IMG/VR virus record: IMGVR_UViG_3300046665_000306
Span: 1 to 64,000 of that record
Strand: one strand, 5' to 3'
DNA: 64,000 bases
From: an uncultured virus (IMG/VR IMGVR_UViG_3300046665_000306)
Taxonomy: Duplodnaviria; Heunggongvirae; Uroviricota; Caudoviricetes
Position 1 is the first letter of the stretch; every line of letters begins with the position of its first letter. Below, one piece after another: positions 1 through 10,273 of this stretch. Position numbers and translations under genes: made by a program. The notes below the pieces were generated by a model. It saw nothing but the letters and a program-made list of their open reading frames with translations, searched no databases and was not told where the DNA came from.

Positions 1-12
1 GTGATGAAATAA

Positions 13-444
13 TTAGTCGAGGACAATGGCGCGCTCATATGGGAAAATTCCGTCAGTAGGGAGAGGGCGGGGCTGATAAGGAGTAAAGCCGGGAGGTGTC
101 TGACCCGGAGGGTAGTACCATTCCTGCGTCGTTACTTCTGGTGGAGCAGGTTCGAAAATTTCGTTAAATTGCGCTTCACTCATAACATCATAATCGTTGT
201 CACCGAATACGACATAATCACCTTCCTTAATCGTGTCAATAGTGTATTCGTTTACTTCAAATGAAATGACTAAATGGGGGAAGTTGTCAGTTGGGACACT
301 GACCTCGAATGTATCCCGCCTCGCATAAGGCTCTAACTTAATCAAAAGTTCGCCTAAAGTCTCTTTAGTAAGTTTGAGCGCTTCGACTTCCGTTGATTTC
401 TTCGGTACAAATTTATTGCCTACCATAAATGAAAAACTCTCCAT
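13..444 (-). CDS. hypothetical protein, Pro-rich C-terminus
   Basis: 143-aa ORF with own promoter at 463-491. Confidence 0.75.
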   Translation of the reverse strand: MESFSFMVGNKFVPKKSTEVEALKLTKETLGELLIKLEPYARRDTFEVSVPTDNFPHLVISFEVNEYTIDTIKEGDYVVFGDNDYDVMSEAQFNEIFEPAPPEVTTQEWYYPPGQTPPGFTPYQPRPLPTDGIFPYERAIVLD

Positions 445-462
445 AAATTTAATTATGAAGAG

Positions 463-491
463 CTTTTAACATAACGATTTTAGAAAGTCAA
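463..491 (-). promoter_or_regulatory. sigma70-like promoter
   Basis: TTGACT-17-TAAAAG with TG extension. Confidence 0.6.
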
Positions 492-499
492 TAGGAAAT

Positions 500-826
500 T
501 TAAAGTTTTGATGCCCTTTTCCATAATTCGTCTAAATCGGCTCCCGTCATGCCTTGAATAGCGCCAAACACGCTGACGAACTTATTGCCTCGATTAAATG
601 TTGTCGCGCCGCAGAGTTGCATCTTAGCGTCGAATTGATCCGCCTCGGGCAGAGCACTAATGAAACTAAGGAATTGCGTCGGCAAGGTGCCAGTCATGAC
701 AGCGCCAAGTGCTTCTTCTTTAGAGATAAGTCCCATAATCGCCAACTCCTGAAAGAACTGGCGATCACTGATTTCTGATGGAACGTAATCTTCTGTTACG
801 GCATTGCCCCAAAGTCTAGGTGCCAT
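500..826 (-). CDS. putative tail fibre-associated/assembly protein
   Basis: 108 aa directly after tail fibre; ISDRQF..GAT.F.R..DELW pattern typical of such small proteins. Confidence 0.55.
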   Translation of the reverse strand: MAPRLWGNAVTEDYVPSEISDRQFFQELAIMGLISKEEALGAVMTGTLPTQFLSFISALPEADQFDAKMQLCGATTFNRGNKFVSVFGAIQGMTGADLDELWKRASKL

Positions 827-832
827 TATGGT

Positions 833-3007
833 TTAACTCCACTGCTGAACCGCACCTGAAATAAGGGCGTTCTTGTCGTTTAGGATTTGCACTCTGTATT
901 TCATAGAAGTGCCTGAAGGTTGAGACGTAATGCTAGCCGTGCCTTCGAACTGACGAATCCCATTATAGTTCTCGGTCAGAGCCAATGTGACGCTGGTCCA
1001 CGTCGTGCCGCCGTCGCGAGAAACTTGACCAATAATATCAGTGTTTGGCGTTAATGTGGCACTGCCTGTGACTTGAATCGAGAGACGCGAAGATGTAGGA
1101 ACGCTGAGCGCAGTGACTGGTACGGATTCTAAGGTGAGATCGGCGTAGTTGATATTGTTATTGCGGACTTCCAGTTCCGTTACAAAGTACCTTGTATTAG
1201 CCGTCGCTGCGGTATAACCGGTTACGACAGGCGTGCCAGCTTCCGTGACACTTGCTTTGAAGTAACTGGCGTAAGATGCTCCAATATCAGAAATAGATGG
1301 TAGATAATTAGAAACAGGCGTGTCAAAAGCTATGACGTGATCCGCGCCCATGCTAAATGTTATCCAATCACTCCACACCGAAGAGCTAGCTGGAATTGTA
1401 ACGTTATTCGCGCCGCCATTGAATGTCACACGTACCGGCGTAGAGCTAACTGTATCCATGTCCCAAACGTTGCCAGTAGCAGCTTTACGTCCGAAGAAAA
1501 CATTGTCTATGACGCCAGCACCGGCAGGGCCAGTGGTTAATTTTACTCTAAAAGCTGTTCCAATACTTAAAATACCGGTTCCATCTATAATAGTTCTAAG
1601 TGAGTATCTGGTAGATGCTGCGTTTGATATACCAGCAGCTACTGATAATACTTTAGTTCCAGCGCTTTTTGGAAAATAATAATCATTAGCGCTGTCGTAG
1701 ATTTGATTCGCAGTGGTAGTCCCGGTATATACTGCGTACGGAGCAGCGGGTGGGGTGAAATTGGAGGTCCAACGTGCAACCCTGCTGATTCTAAACTCAT
1801 CCAAGAACATCTGTGAACCAGTAGCATTATAATTTCTGCCAATCAGCGGTCTATTAGCTACTGCAATAACATTCATGTTATCCGTAAAGGTAGAACCCTC
1901 TTGCACACCATTGAGGTACATCTTAGTCACGTTGCCACTTCTAACAACGGCCATGTGATACCAAGTATTGGCTGTGATAAGGGTTGTGCCTGCAATGCTT
2001 GTCGAAGCATTGGTGCTGTAACTCAAGAAGTTAGCATTACTTACATACCAAGCAAAATTAGGATTCGGGGTGCCGGAACCGATTCGAGATTCATAAATAG
2101 TATCTTGAACACCAACAGCGGCGCGACGGAACCAACAATCGATAGTGAAATCACCAGTGCCAAACGCAAACCATGAATTTCCATCAGCTGCGTATGGTCC
2201 TCCATTGCCGCCAACACTTAGGCAAGAGCCTCCAAACTTGGATTGAGCAGTGGTAATCGTTGCAGTGCCCCAACATTCCCATGTAGGTATATTTATGCCA
2301 TGGTTGATGCCAAAACCGCTATCGATGATGGATTTTTTACCATTAACTCCATCGAAGTGAAGGCAAGTGATAGTATCAAAATCAATCCCGTTATTAACCG
2401 TTCCTAAATTAATACCATCTTCGGAATCATAAGGATCAGCAATGCCGCCAGCCATGCCGTTGCGGATACCTTTGATATCAGCCATGTCAAGAGCGAGAAT
2501 TGAAATATTACGATGCGCCATATCGACAGACGCTGCATTCACGGTGGCAAGATTTCCATTCGTGGTAATATTGCCTTCGATAGTCACTAGTGAAGATTCT
2601 AACGTGCCAGCGCCACGAGTGACAGTTGTTGTGGTATAATCACCAGAGACTGGAACAACGTTGCCCGATCTACCATTAAACGAAGCGACACCAGCAACAG
2701 CACCCGTTGCAACACCGGCCCAATATTTCGCACTGCGTTGTCCCGGAACAATTTCATTCGGGCTCTCGGCCCATAGCGAGGCTAAAGTGCTATAACCGCT
2801 GGCAGATGTTGCAGCGGCTTGTGCTTGCGTGACATAACCGCCAGCTGTGGTGCCAATCGTGGCATAGAATTTTGCAAGGCTAGGAACAACACCAGAATCA
2901 ATCGCAATGTCGAGAGTAGATGCGCCGTTAACAATATTGTTAAGGCGGTCCATATTGATTTCTAGTTTGTCAAGCTTGGCTTGAATCTCAGCGGAAGTTG
3001 CAGCCAT
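833..3007 (-). CDS. tail fibre / receptor-binding protein with LamG (ConA-like) domain
   Basis: 724 aa; VASFNGRSGNV fibre motif; GDFTIDCW..WYHMAVVR..MYLNG..DEFRIS LamG signature. Confidence 0.8.
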   Translation of the reverse strand: MAATSAEIQAKLDKLEINMDRLNNIVNGASTLDIAIDSGVVPSLAKFYATIGTTAGGYVTQAQAAATSASGYSTLASLWAESPNEIVPGQRSAKYWAGVATGAVAGVASFNGRSGNVVPVSGDYTTTTVTRGAGTLESSLVTIEGNITTNGNLATVNAASVDMAHRNISILALDMADIKGIRNGMAGGIADPYDSEDGINLGTVNNGIDFDTITCLHFDGVNGKKSIIDSGFGINHGINIPTWECWGTATITTAQSKFGGSCLSVGGNGGPYAADGNSWFAFGTGDFTIDCWFRRAAVGVQDTIYESRIGSGTPNPNFAWYVSNANFLSYSTNASTSIAGTTLITANTWYHMAVVRSGNVTKMYLNGVQEGSTFTDNMNVIAVANRPLIGRNYNATGSQMFLDEFRISRVARWTSNFTPPAAPYAVYTGTTTANQIYDSANDYYFPKSAGTKVLSVAAGISNAASTRYSLRTIIDGTGILSIGTAFRVKLTTGPAGAGVIDNVFFGRKAATGNVWDMDTVSSTPVRVTFNGGANNVTIPASSSVWSDWITFSMGADHVIAFDTPVSNYLPSISDIGASYASYFKASVTEAGTPVVTGYTAATANTRYFVTELEVRNNNINYADLTLESVPVTALSVPTSSRLSIQVTGSATLTPNTDIIGQVSRDGGTTWTSVTLALTENYNGIRQFEGTASITSQPSGTSMKYRVQILNDKNALISGAVQQWS

Positions 3008-3045
3008 TAAAAGTACCTTAAATAAAAATAGTGGTATAGCTTTGA

Positions 3046-3074
3046 ACTATACCACTATTTTTTAAAAAAGTCAA
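3046..3074 (-). promoter_or_regulatory. sigma70-like promoter
   Basis: TTGACT-17-TATAGT with extended -10 TG. Confidence 0.75.
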
Positions 3075-3097
3075 GTTTAAAGTTTATGATCCAAATT

Positions 3098-3364
3098 TTA
3101 GTAAGCACTCACTGCTGCTTTGCCACCGCCGCCAGTATTACCGGAACGGATATAGACATTGTTAGAGCCGAGTGATACTAATTTAATAGTGCAACGACTT
3201 GGAAGTTCGTGACCCACAACACTGGCTAGATCGGAAGGTGCAGCTGCCACGCCCCAAAACAGAGGGATGGTGGAAGGGTTATAGATAATGACTGTACCTT
3301 TTGCCGCCGAAACTGCGGTCCAAGCCGAGTCTGCCAAGGTGTAATCAGTTGTTAAAGCTGCCAT
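3098..3364 (-). CDS. small beta-rich virion protein (paralog of 8675-8935)
   Basis: 88 aa; YT....W..V N-terminus and (Y/F)IR near C-terminus shared with 8675-8935. Confidence 0.6.
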   Translation of the reverse strand: MAALTTDYTLADSAWTAVSAAKGTVIIYNPSTIPLFWGVAAAPSDLASVVGHELPSRCTIKLVSLGSNNVYIRSGNTGGGGKAAVSAY

Positions 3365-3387
3365 GATATTTTCTCACTTTTTAAAGA

Positions 3388-4596
3388 TTAAACAAATTTG
3401 TAATAAGGATCGAGGTATGGGACCATGTTAGCCGCTATCACAGCTGCCATGTTTGCATGATCTGTTGGGCCGGGGTGAATCTGATCAGAAGGATACGTGG
3501 TGAAATCGCCAGCCGCAGTATTAGTGTCGTGATACTGATCAACAAGACCATCAGCGCCAGCCGCGAGCCAAGCATTATAATCACTTCTGACCGTGTTCTT
3601 AGACGCGTCATAAGTGCCGCGAGGAATAATTGCTGTGGCATGAATTCTGAGACGGAAACCGTATGGTCCAACTATTCCGCGAGCATAACTAGCCAGATCG
3701 GTAAATCTGGTTTTCATCGTTGCGAGCGAAGCACTGTTGGCAATGTCGTTAGTACCTAATTGAATAAGTAGATCGGTACAATAAGGCCATAACTGTCTCT
3801 GTAACGGAGCGACGGCTAATTGCTGATTTCCTAATGTATTGGCATCAATAGTTTGTTTATGCCAAGGAAAAACAACGCCATTGACGTTTTGCATAGCGCG
3901 GGCCAAGAAGCCCTGAGTCGTTGAGGTGTTTGTATCGTTCAAGTAAGTCGCAATGCTATCACCAACGATACAAACTGCTGGCATAGGAACATCAGGAATA
4001 CCAAGAATAAGGGCGGGCCAAATCGCAGGACCGCCACCCGTACCACTAGTGTTCATAGAGCCGTTGCTCATCAACTGATTGCCAGAGGAAGATCTAAAGC
4101 CTTGGCTAGATGGCCCGTTTAGAGTAATGACGCTAAAGCTATCTGTATCTCCCGGAACTGTTCTATAGAAACGAGTATAATATCTGGTATTTTTGGCCCA
4201 CGTTACGTTGATTTCATCACTAATAATCATTCCGCCAGCGGGTGTGTCCGCCGTTGTTGAAGCAAGCCATGTGGCACGCGAAGTGATGGTTCCGGTTTCA
4301 ACCGATCTTTGCCACGTACATGTCGCCGCCGGTGAAGAAAGTTCTTGGCCAGAGCCGGGATTGATTCTAAACTGTACATCAACAATTTTAATGCGTGAGC
4401 AATTAGCATTGCCTATGTCGTGCCCGTTGCGGCCTTGATTGGCAATATAAGAGCTTGTTTTCTGAACCACCGCTCCATTGGGAACGGCGGTAAAGCTTGC
4501 AATAAGTTGGTGGTTTACCGGGGCGGGGCGAACCGCTCCCGAAGTTGATACATTGGCGGGAGCAATGTTTCTTTTTTTAAATTTTGAAATAGGCAT
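3388..4596 (-). CDS. SGNH/GDSL hydrolase, probably virion-associated
   Basis: blocks IVGDSI, GTND, DQIHP. Confidence 0.85.
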   Translation of the reverse strand: MPISKFKKRNIAPANVSTSGAVRPAPVNHQLIASFTAVPNGAVVQKTSSYIANQGRNGHDIGNANCSRIKIVDVQFRINPGSGQELSSPAATCTWQRSVETGTITSRATWLASTTADTPAGGMIISDEINVTWAKNTRYYTRFYRTVPGDTDSFSVITLNGPSSQGFRSSSGNQLMSNGSMNTSGTGGGPAIWPALILGIPDVPMPAVCIVGDSIATYLNDTNTSTTQGFLARAMQNVNGVVFPWHKQTIDANTLGNQQLAVAPLQRQLWPYCTDLLIQLGTNDIANSASLATMKTRFTDLASYARGIVGPYGFRLRIHATAIIPRGTYDASKNTVRSDYNAWLAAGADGLVDQYHDTNTAAGDFTTYPSDQIHPGPTDHANMAAVIAANMVPYLDPYYKFV

Positions 4597-7500
4597 TATG
4601 CTGTTACCGTAATTGCTAAGAAATAATCTTTAATGTCGATGCCGCGCGTTTGACGCAAGATGCATACAACGGTTGAACCATTAGTTAGTGTCGCAGTGCT
4701 ACGAGCAATATCTCCATCTGCGTTGATATAAATCGCTGCCCCGGTATAAGCCGTTGGAGCAGTTGCAGAATTCAACAGAGTGCGGGTTTCATTGTTTAAC
4801 AGAGGAGGTAGATTAACTACGACAGCGTCTAAAGCAGTACCAGCAATAGAAATAGTTCCTGTTGTTGTGAGAACTGGCATTGGAGTTGCTAGTTCGCCGG
4901 TACGCGCAATTGGAGTCGATGTGGCATACGTTGCGTCATAGGCCAAGTTAGTGACTGTACCATCCGTTACAACGATATGGATACGATCAACACGGCTGAC
5001 CAAGCAACCCATATCTTCGGTCTGAATCGTGTAACTCGGACCAGTTGCACCATCGATCCAGCGGCAGTCATAGCCCAAATGCTCGGTCCAATTAGCTAGC
5101 TGAACAACGGGACGGTGACGACGCCATTGATACGAGCGCGTAATCGTTGCACCCGGAAACTGAGCCAAGATTACTGAAGTGTCAAAGTCAGTATCGGTTC
5201 CGTCTAGGGTTTGACCCACGGCACGCGTTCCCGTAATTACGGCACGAGTAAGAATCGGAGGAGGAGCAACAACAACACCCTTATAGATGAAGTGATCGGA
5301 CCAAGTGAAACTCTTCATAGTTCCAACTTGCGGAACAGTAGTATCGGTACGACGCAGCGTAGTAGTTACGTTGTGGAACACGATGCCACGGAAAATACCA
5401 GAAGTAGGTCTGTCAATGCTGATGCCGTTGGCGCACTTCCAAATCAATTCATCATGAACCGCAATATCGGCACGATATGGCTTGATCGTATTACCAGAAA
5501 CAGAAATACCAGAATAAGAATGGGCTCTGTTAATGTTGTACCAAGTATTATCGTAAACTTCGTGCTGTAACGAACCGCCTTGGTTATCATAACCACCAAT
5601 GCCGTAGCCAAACGAATAGCTATTCATAAGGGCGTGGGTGCAAGCGTTGCGGCAGAATACTTGGAAGTCGCCTTCATCCGTACCCTTAACGAAGTTATTT
5701 CCATCCATTTTATTATCATGGCTATAGACGTAGCTCGCCATGTTCGTAACGAGGCAACCCTTGCCCGAACTGGTCTTAACGCTGGCCATGTCGAGGAAGC
5801 AACCACGTGCGATAAAGCCACGGTTCTTAGTCGTGAAACGGTCTTCGCGAAGCTGAACCGCGTCACCTTCAGCCGCAAATACTGGCTTAGTGTTTACGTT
5901 TTCAAGAATTACACGATCAGTGTTGTCGAGGTAGATACCATCGGACCAAACTCGGTCCAACGTGACACGACGCAGCGTAATGTCGTTACAGTTCTGGAAG
6001 AACAGGCCTTGCGAGTTTTCGTTTTTCGCGACATAACCGCAAGGATCAAATAGGCAATCTTCTACGAGCCAGTTGCTGCCTTGGCGTTGCTGAAGTCCGC
6101 GTTGGTTGCCAGCAATGTTTAGATTTTTAATCGTTACATTGCTTAGGCCCTGAGTACCGTCAGTGTATTGATCAATACCAAATGTCACGCCAGTTCCGAT
6201 GGTCGGATATCCGCCTGTGCCAAATGCATCATAGGTACGGCTCGCGCCAACGACTAGCTGCGTGGACCAAGAAGAACCACGCTTAAGCAGGGCTGATCCG
6301 CTTGAAGTGATTGAGCCTGTTCCGGTTAAGGTCTGCTTCGCCGTGTCAGGAGTTTGACCATCAAAACCATCGTTACCGCCAGCTAGATCGTAATACGTTG
6401 CTGGACCTAGAACAGTAAGTGGATCAGAATAAGCCGTGGTTGAACCAATGCCGTTTGTAGCCGTTACGGCGACACGAATTCTCTTACCCACGTCACCTGT
6501 GACAGGGATGTAAGTTGAAGTGGTTGCACCAGAAACGTTGGCCCAATCGCCCGCATTCAATGTAGCTTCAAGCTGAACCTGCATCGCAAAAGTGGTTGGC
6601 TGATGATTCCACGAACCAAGCGTGATGTTGTGTGCCACGTTGACGCGAGTTTCGGTCGCTGTAATCGCTGGAATGATTAGATTAGCGGGAGCAAGAGTTT
6701 GCGCCCCGCTTGCTTCTAACGTAATGCCAGCCGTTGTTACATTGTGAGTGAAACTTGAATTAGAATATGTAACCTTAGCAGCAATCGACTTACCGGCATG
6801 CTCGGAGCGTGACGTGAATTTATTCTTACCTAGTGCGAGTCCGGTATAAGCACCCCAAGGAACGTCGATATAACTTGCGCCACTGATGGGGTCAATGTTA
6901 TAGTTGTTTGAGCCAGAACCGGTATTTTTCTGCTGCAACTTAACTCTGAGAAAATCACCAGAGTTCCACGCACCGAAATCATTAGTGACTGTAACGGTGT
7001 ACGGGCTATTGCCGACAGATGGAATAAATCCAGTGCCCAATGTGCCATGGATCATCTGAACTTCAGAGCCAACTACTGTGCCGGTAGAATCGACACGAGC
7101 TAGAAAGACTTTCGCACTGGTTTGAGAATTAGTCGTACCTTGTTTGAACGTGACGGAATATAATTGAGCCCCGTCGTTCTGACCGCCCGCAGCCGTAGCA
7201 GCTAAGTAGTAATAATCGTTTTCTGTTGCAAAAGCGGCTAGTGATGCTGCGTTTGTATTGCTGCCGTTATAAGCACTTGTGCCATAAGCTCTGGTGTAGT
7301 TATCGCCCTGTGGGAAAGTCCCATTTGATGCAACGGTTTGAGCGTAATATCTCTTAGATGATCTCGTATCGTTAATTTTAACACCATCGGCTTGCCATTC
7401 GAAAGCCGTCTCTTTTGCAAAATTAGTATAGACACCCGGAACGATGGCAATTTCAGAGCCGATCAGACTAGTTCCAGATAGTGAAGGGGCTGTTGTTACA

Positions 7501-8171
7501 GCTGTATCGAGATAAGCAATAGGTCCAATGGCATTAGCACTTACCCAAGCCGATGTACCAGCAGTATTAACCGCTGCAACTTGTGCCGTGATATTGTCAA
7601 AGTCATCGTCTTCTTGAAGAACGTAAGTGCTTGCATTAGCGCCGGGGATGAGATACGAACCACGGAGCCAACGATATAGGAAAGTCGTTGGATTATTGGC
7701 CCACGTTCCGGGATTGACTGATAAAGTGCTGCCAACAAGTGCTGAGCCGGTTGTGACAGGGGCAACAGTATTAGCCGCGAGCAAGTCCCAATGCCAGCCA
7801 GTGATGTTTTTAATTAAGAAAGACGAAGCCGTTACTTTAAGGGTGTGATCTAATCCGCGAGTACCATAAGGCGTAAAGTCATAGGTGAAGTCGCCATTCG
7901 CATCAGTCACAGCAGTTTTAGCCGCAGCGCCGTCTAGGGAGAGCGTAACGTTCAATCCTTCAACAAGATTGCCGGGAGACAGGAGTCGGCCCGTTACAAC
8001 TGGAGTCGTATCTGTTCTAACAAGCAAACTAGCGCCGGTTCCGCCTCCACTATTAATGTCGGAGATTGCAACCTTATAAGGTACGCCGTTATCATCTACT
8101 AGAAGTAATGAACCAGTTGCGATAGCGTCAACCGGGGCTGATGGTAAAGTTTCTACTGAAACGCGTGCCAT
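4596..8171 (-). CDS. large virion spike/fibre with Ig-like repeats and right-handed beta-helix (depolymerase-like)
   Basis: 1191 aa; repeated P..TG...VG.TL....GTW...YRW.R Ig-type repeats; central parallel beta-helix repeats. Confidence 0.75.
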   Translation of the reverse strand: MARVSVETLPSAPVDAIATGSLLLVDDNGVPYKVAISDINSGGGTGASLLVRTDTTPVVTGRLLSPGNLVEGLNVTLSLDGAAAKTAVTDANGDFTYDFTPYGTRGLDHTLKVTASSFLIKNITGWHWDLLAANTVAPVTTGSALVGSTLSVNPGTWANNPTTFLYRWLRGSYLIPGANASTYVLQEDDDFDNITAQVAAVNTAGTSAWVSANAIGPIAYLDTAVTTAPSLSGTSLIGSEIAIVPGVYTNFAKETAFEWQADGVKINDTRSSKRYYAQTVASNGTFPQGDNYTRAYGTSAYNGSNTNAASLAAFATENDYYYLAATAAGGQNDGAQLYSVTFKQGTTNSQTSAKVFLARVDSTGTVVGSEVQMIHGTLGTGFIPSVGNSPYTVTVTNDFGAWNSGDFLRVKLQQKNTGSGSNNYNIDPISGASYIDVPWGAYTGLALGKNKFTSRSEHAGKSIAAKVTYSNSSFTHNVTTAGITLEASGAQTLAPANLIIPAITATETRVNVAHNITLGSWNHQPTTFAMQVQLEATLNAGDWANVSGATTSTYIPVTGDVGKRIRVAVTATNGIGSTTAYSDPLTVLGPATYYDLAGGNDGFDGQTPDTAKQTLTGTGSITSSGSALLKRGSSWSTQLVVGASRTYDAFGTGGYPTIGTGVTFGIDQYTDGTQGLSNVTIKNLNIAGNQRGLQQRQGSNWLVEDCLFDPCGYVAKNENSQGLFFQNCNDITLRRVTLDRVWSDGIYLDNTDRVILENVNTKPVFAAEGDAVQLREDRFTTKNRGFIARGCFLDMASVKTSSGKGCLVTNMASYVYSHDNKMDGNNFVKGTDEGDFQVFCRNACTHALMNSYSFGYGIGGYDNQGGSLQHEVYDNTWYNINRAHSYSGISVSGNTIKPYRADIAVHDELIWKCANGISIDRPTSGIFRGIVFHNVTTTLRRTDTTVPQVGTMKSFTWSDHFIYKGVVVAPPPILTRAVITGTRAVGQTLDGTDTDFDTSVILAQFPGATITRSYQWRRHRPVVQLANWTEHLGYDCRWIDGATGPSYTIQTEDMGCLVSRVDRIHIVVTDGTVTNLAYDATYATSTPIARTGELATPMPVLTTTGTISIAGTALDAVVVNLPPLLNNETRTLLNSATAPTAYTGAAIYINADGDIARSTATLTNGSTVVCILRQTRGIDIKDYFLAITVTA

Positions 8172-8176
8172 AAATA

Positions 8177-8668
8177 TTATTGCTCCAAAAGGTCTACTAG
8201 TGTGGCAAGGGTAACTTTTCTAGAACCGCTAGCCGTTGCGATGAAAGTGTAGCCAACAAGCGTGGCTGTGGTATTTAATTCATTTAAAAATTTATCTTGT
8301 AGGGTATGAATCCCTACGTCATCGGCTGATCTATCGCCGGAATATGCTACGTTGCTCAGCGCTTCATCGAGCAGGAGGAGGGAAAATTCTTCAGTCGGTG
8401 AAGGTGTAGTTCCGCCGCCGCCGGGACCGCCATTATTGCCACCATCCCCATTATCGCCATCATCGGTATGACCGCCGCCACCGTTGCCATCGCCTGTGCC
8501 GCCACCGGGATTTTGGGCAGGATTTTGCTTCTTCGCTTCATCTTCGATATCGGGATTGCCGATGTAGAAGTGAACCTTCCCGATTGACCAACGAATTTTA
8601 CGCCCGCTCTTCTTAATGAAAAACGAACGTCGCAATCTGTTATTTAGGGAAGAGCCGCGAATCGACAT
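8177..8668 (-). CDS. hypothetical protein, Gly/Asp-rich linker
   Basis: 163-aa ORF in operon. Confidence 0.7.
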   Translation of the reverse strand: MSIRGSSLNNRLRRSFFIKKSGRKIRWSIGKVHFYIGNPDIEDEAKKQNPAQNPGGGTGDGNGGGGHTDDGDNGDGGNNGGPGGGGTTPSPTEEFSLLLLDEALSNVAYSGDRSADDVGIHTLQDKFLNELNTTATLVGYTFIATASGSRKVTLATLVDLLEQ

Positions 8669-8674
8669 AATTTT

Positions 8675-8935
8675 TTAAACCGTCAATACTTTGACAATAA
8701 CTTCTTGCGCGGGGCAGCGAATAAAAATCTTATCGGTATTGGCAGTGAGACTTGACGCACTGAAATTGTCATCCGCATCGATCTGCACAAAGTCCAGTGT
8801 GTTATCGGCTGGGGTGTCAGGTCCGATAAAAAGTTCAAGGTCGAATTGCTTATTGGCAAAAAGAAAAACTTCAGTGGTATTGAAAGCCACTAGAACCCAT
8901 GACGAAGAAACGGTGTAAGCCTTGGAAGCGGCCAT
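8675..8935 (-). CDS. small beta-rich virion protein (paralog of 3098-3364)
   Basis: 86 aa, first gene after promoter 8972-9000. Confidence 0.65.
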   Translation of the reverse strand: MAASKAYTVSSSWVLVAFNTTEVFLFANKQFDLELFIGPDTPADNTLDFVQIDADDNFSASSLTANTDKIFIRCPAQEVIVKVLTV

Positions 8936-8971
8936 AATAATAATCCCTAAATAAATATTTATTTTGGGATT

Positions 8972-9000
8972 AATATAACATTAAATTTTTAAAAAGTCAA
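8972..9000 (-). promoter_or_regulatory. sigma70-like promoter
   Basis: TTGACT-17-TATATT with extended -10 TG. Confidence 0.75.
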
Positions 9001-9027
9001 GAATTTATTACTTGGTCCAAAAGTTAA

Positions 9028-10206
9028 CTAAACGGCCCATTTCTTGATCGTAGAGCCGAGGAAATTTCCTAGATCGGTATAGAGTAATTCTGTGGGGTGA
9101 TTGGCGTTAAACATCCAGCCCTTACTGTTTAACGTGACCCAATCTGTGTATTTCCCGAACTGATCCACCATCGGTAGATTGTTGGAAGCCGCCAGTTTGC
9201 GTAACGCTTCTCTGAACTGTTGTTGCACCGTGTCGGTAATTGTATCGATGCGCGACGGATTACCAGTCATCAGCATTACATCGGCTCCACCAGCTTTCGC
9301 GGCGTTGATAATGGATTGCATTTGAGTGGGATATGTCGTGTTATAAGTCGTAGGAGCGAGGAGGCCGTTATTAATTGTTAAATCAATAATAACTAGATCG
9401 GCATCGGAACAATAAGTAGTAACCGCGTTTAGCGAGGTCCAAGGGTTTGCCGTGCCGATCCAATCCGAGGTTTGCGAGACGCAGTTTCCAAGGTTCCAAA
9501 TATCAATGGCTTTGGACGTATCGTCCCACGCCCTAACCCCTGCTACGAAAGCATTACCTGAATCTCGTTTGACATTAAGGGTATGAGTGCCGAGCGAGCC
9601 GCAATCAATAATGGTGCTTCTGAGAGTATTGGTTCCGTTTTGAGAAACGATTGTGTCACTTCCGCCATCAACGTTATAAGCAATGGCTCCACCAGTGCTA
9701 ATAATAATATCAATCAATTCAAATTTCGAAACAGCAATTGTGGGAGTGTAGCTCAAAACACTAGTCGTGTCGGCAGTGTTGGTGAACAAACAACCACCAG
9801 CCGTGGTAGAAGAAGATAATACCCAACCAGCTGACGCAGGGTTAAAGCCCGACTTAACAGAATTTCTGTTTTCTGTAATAGTGACAACTGTTGTGGTTAG
9901 GCCAGAACTTCCAATTTTATTTTCATTGACAGCCGGGACGCCGAGCGTGGTGAGGGATGCAGCGAGTTTGGCGGGCCAAGCTTTTGACATGCATCCACCT
10001 CTACCAGTGCCGCCTGTTCCAGACCCTTCACCAAAAGTGGTGCTGTCTCCGATGCAAATGATTTTACCACGACCTGTACCGCTCGTGACGCGAGCCAATG
10101 CATCGCGCGTTTTACGAAACTGCGTCGAAGAAAAATTATAAAGCCCCGGCACAATTGTCGCGCCAGAGCCTACAATTGCTCTTTTTTGATTTTTTCCCAA
10201 TGCCAT
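9028..10206 (-). CDS. SGNH/GDSL hydrolase, probably virion-associated
   Basis: IGDSTT, LTINN, ANHP blocks; start placed at ATG 10206 downstream of promoter. Confidence 0.85.
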   Translation of the reverse strand: MALGKNQKRAIVGSGATIVPGLYNFSSTQFRKTRDALARVTSGTGRGKIICIGDSTTFGEGSGTGGTGRGGCMSKAWPAKLAASLTTLGVPAVNENKIGSSGLTTTVVTITENRNSVKSGFNPASAGWVLSSSTTAGGCLFTNTADTTSVLSYTPTIAVSKFELIDIIISTGGAIAYNVDGGSDTIVSQNGTNTLRSTIIDCGSLGTHTLNVKRDSGNAFVAGVRAWDDTSKAIDIWNLGNCVSQTSDWIGTANPWTSLNAVTTYCSDADLVIIDLTINNGLLAPTTYNTTYPTQMQSIINAAKAGGADVMLMTGNPSRIDTITDTVQQQFREALRKLAASNNLPMVDQFGKYTDWVTLNSKGWMFNANHPTELLYTDLGNFLGSTIKKWAV

Positions 10207-10244
10207 AGTAACAAAAATACCCCCAAAATCCCAATTTTGAGGGT

Positions 10245-10273
10245 ATATTAGCACTTAATTTTTAAAAAGTCAA
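10245..10273 (-). promoter_or_regulatory. sigma70-like promoter
   Basis: TTGACT-17-TAATAT with extended -10 TG. Confidence 0.75.
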
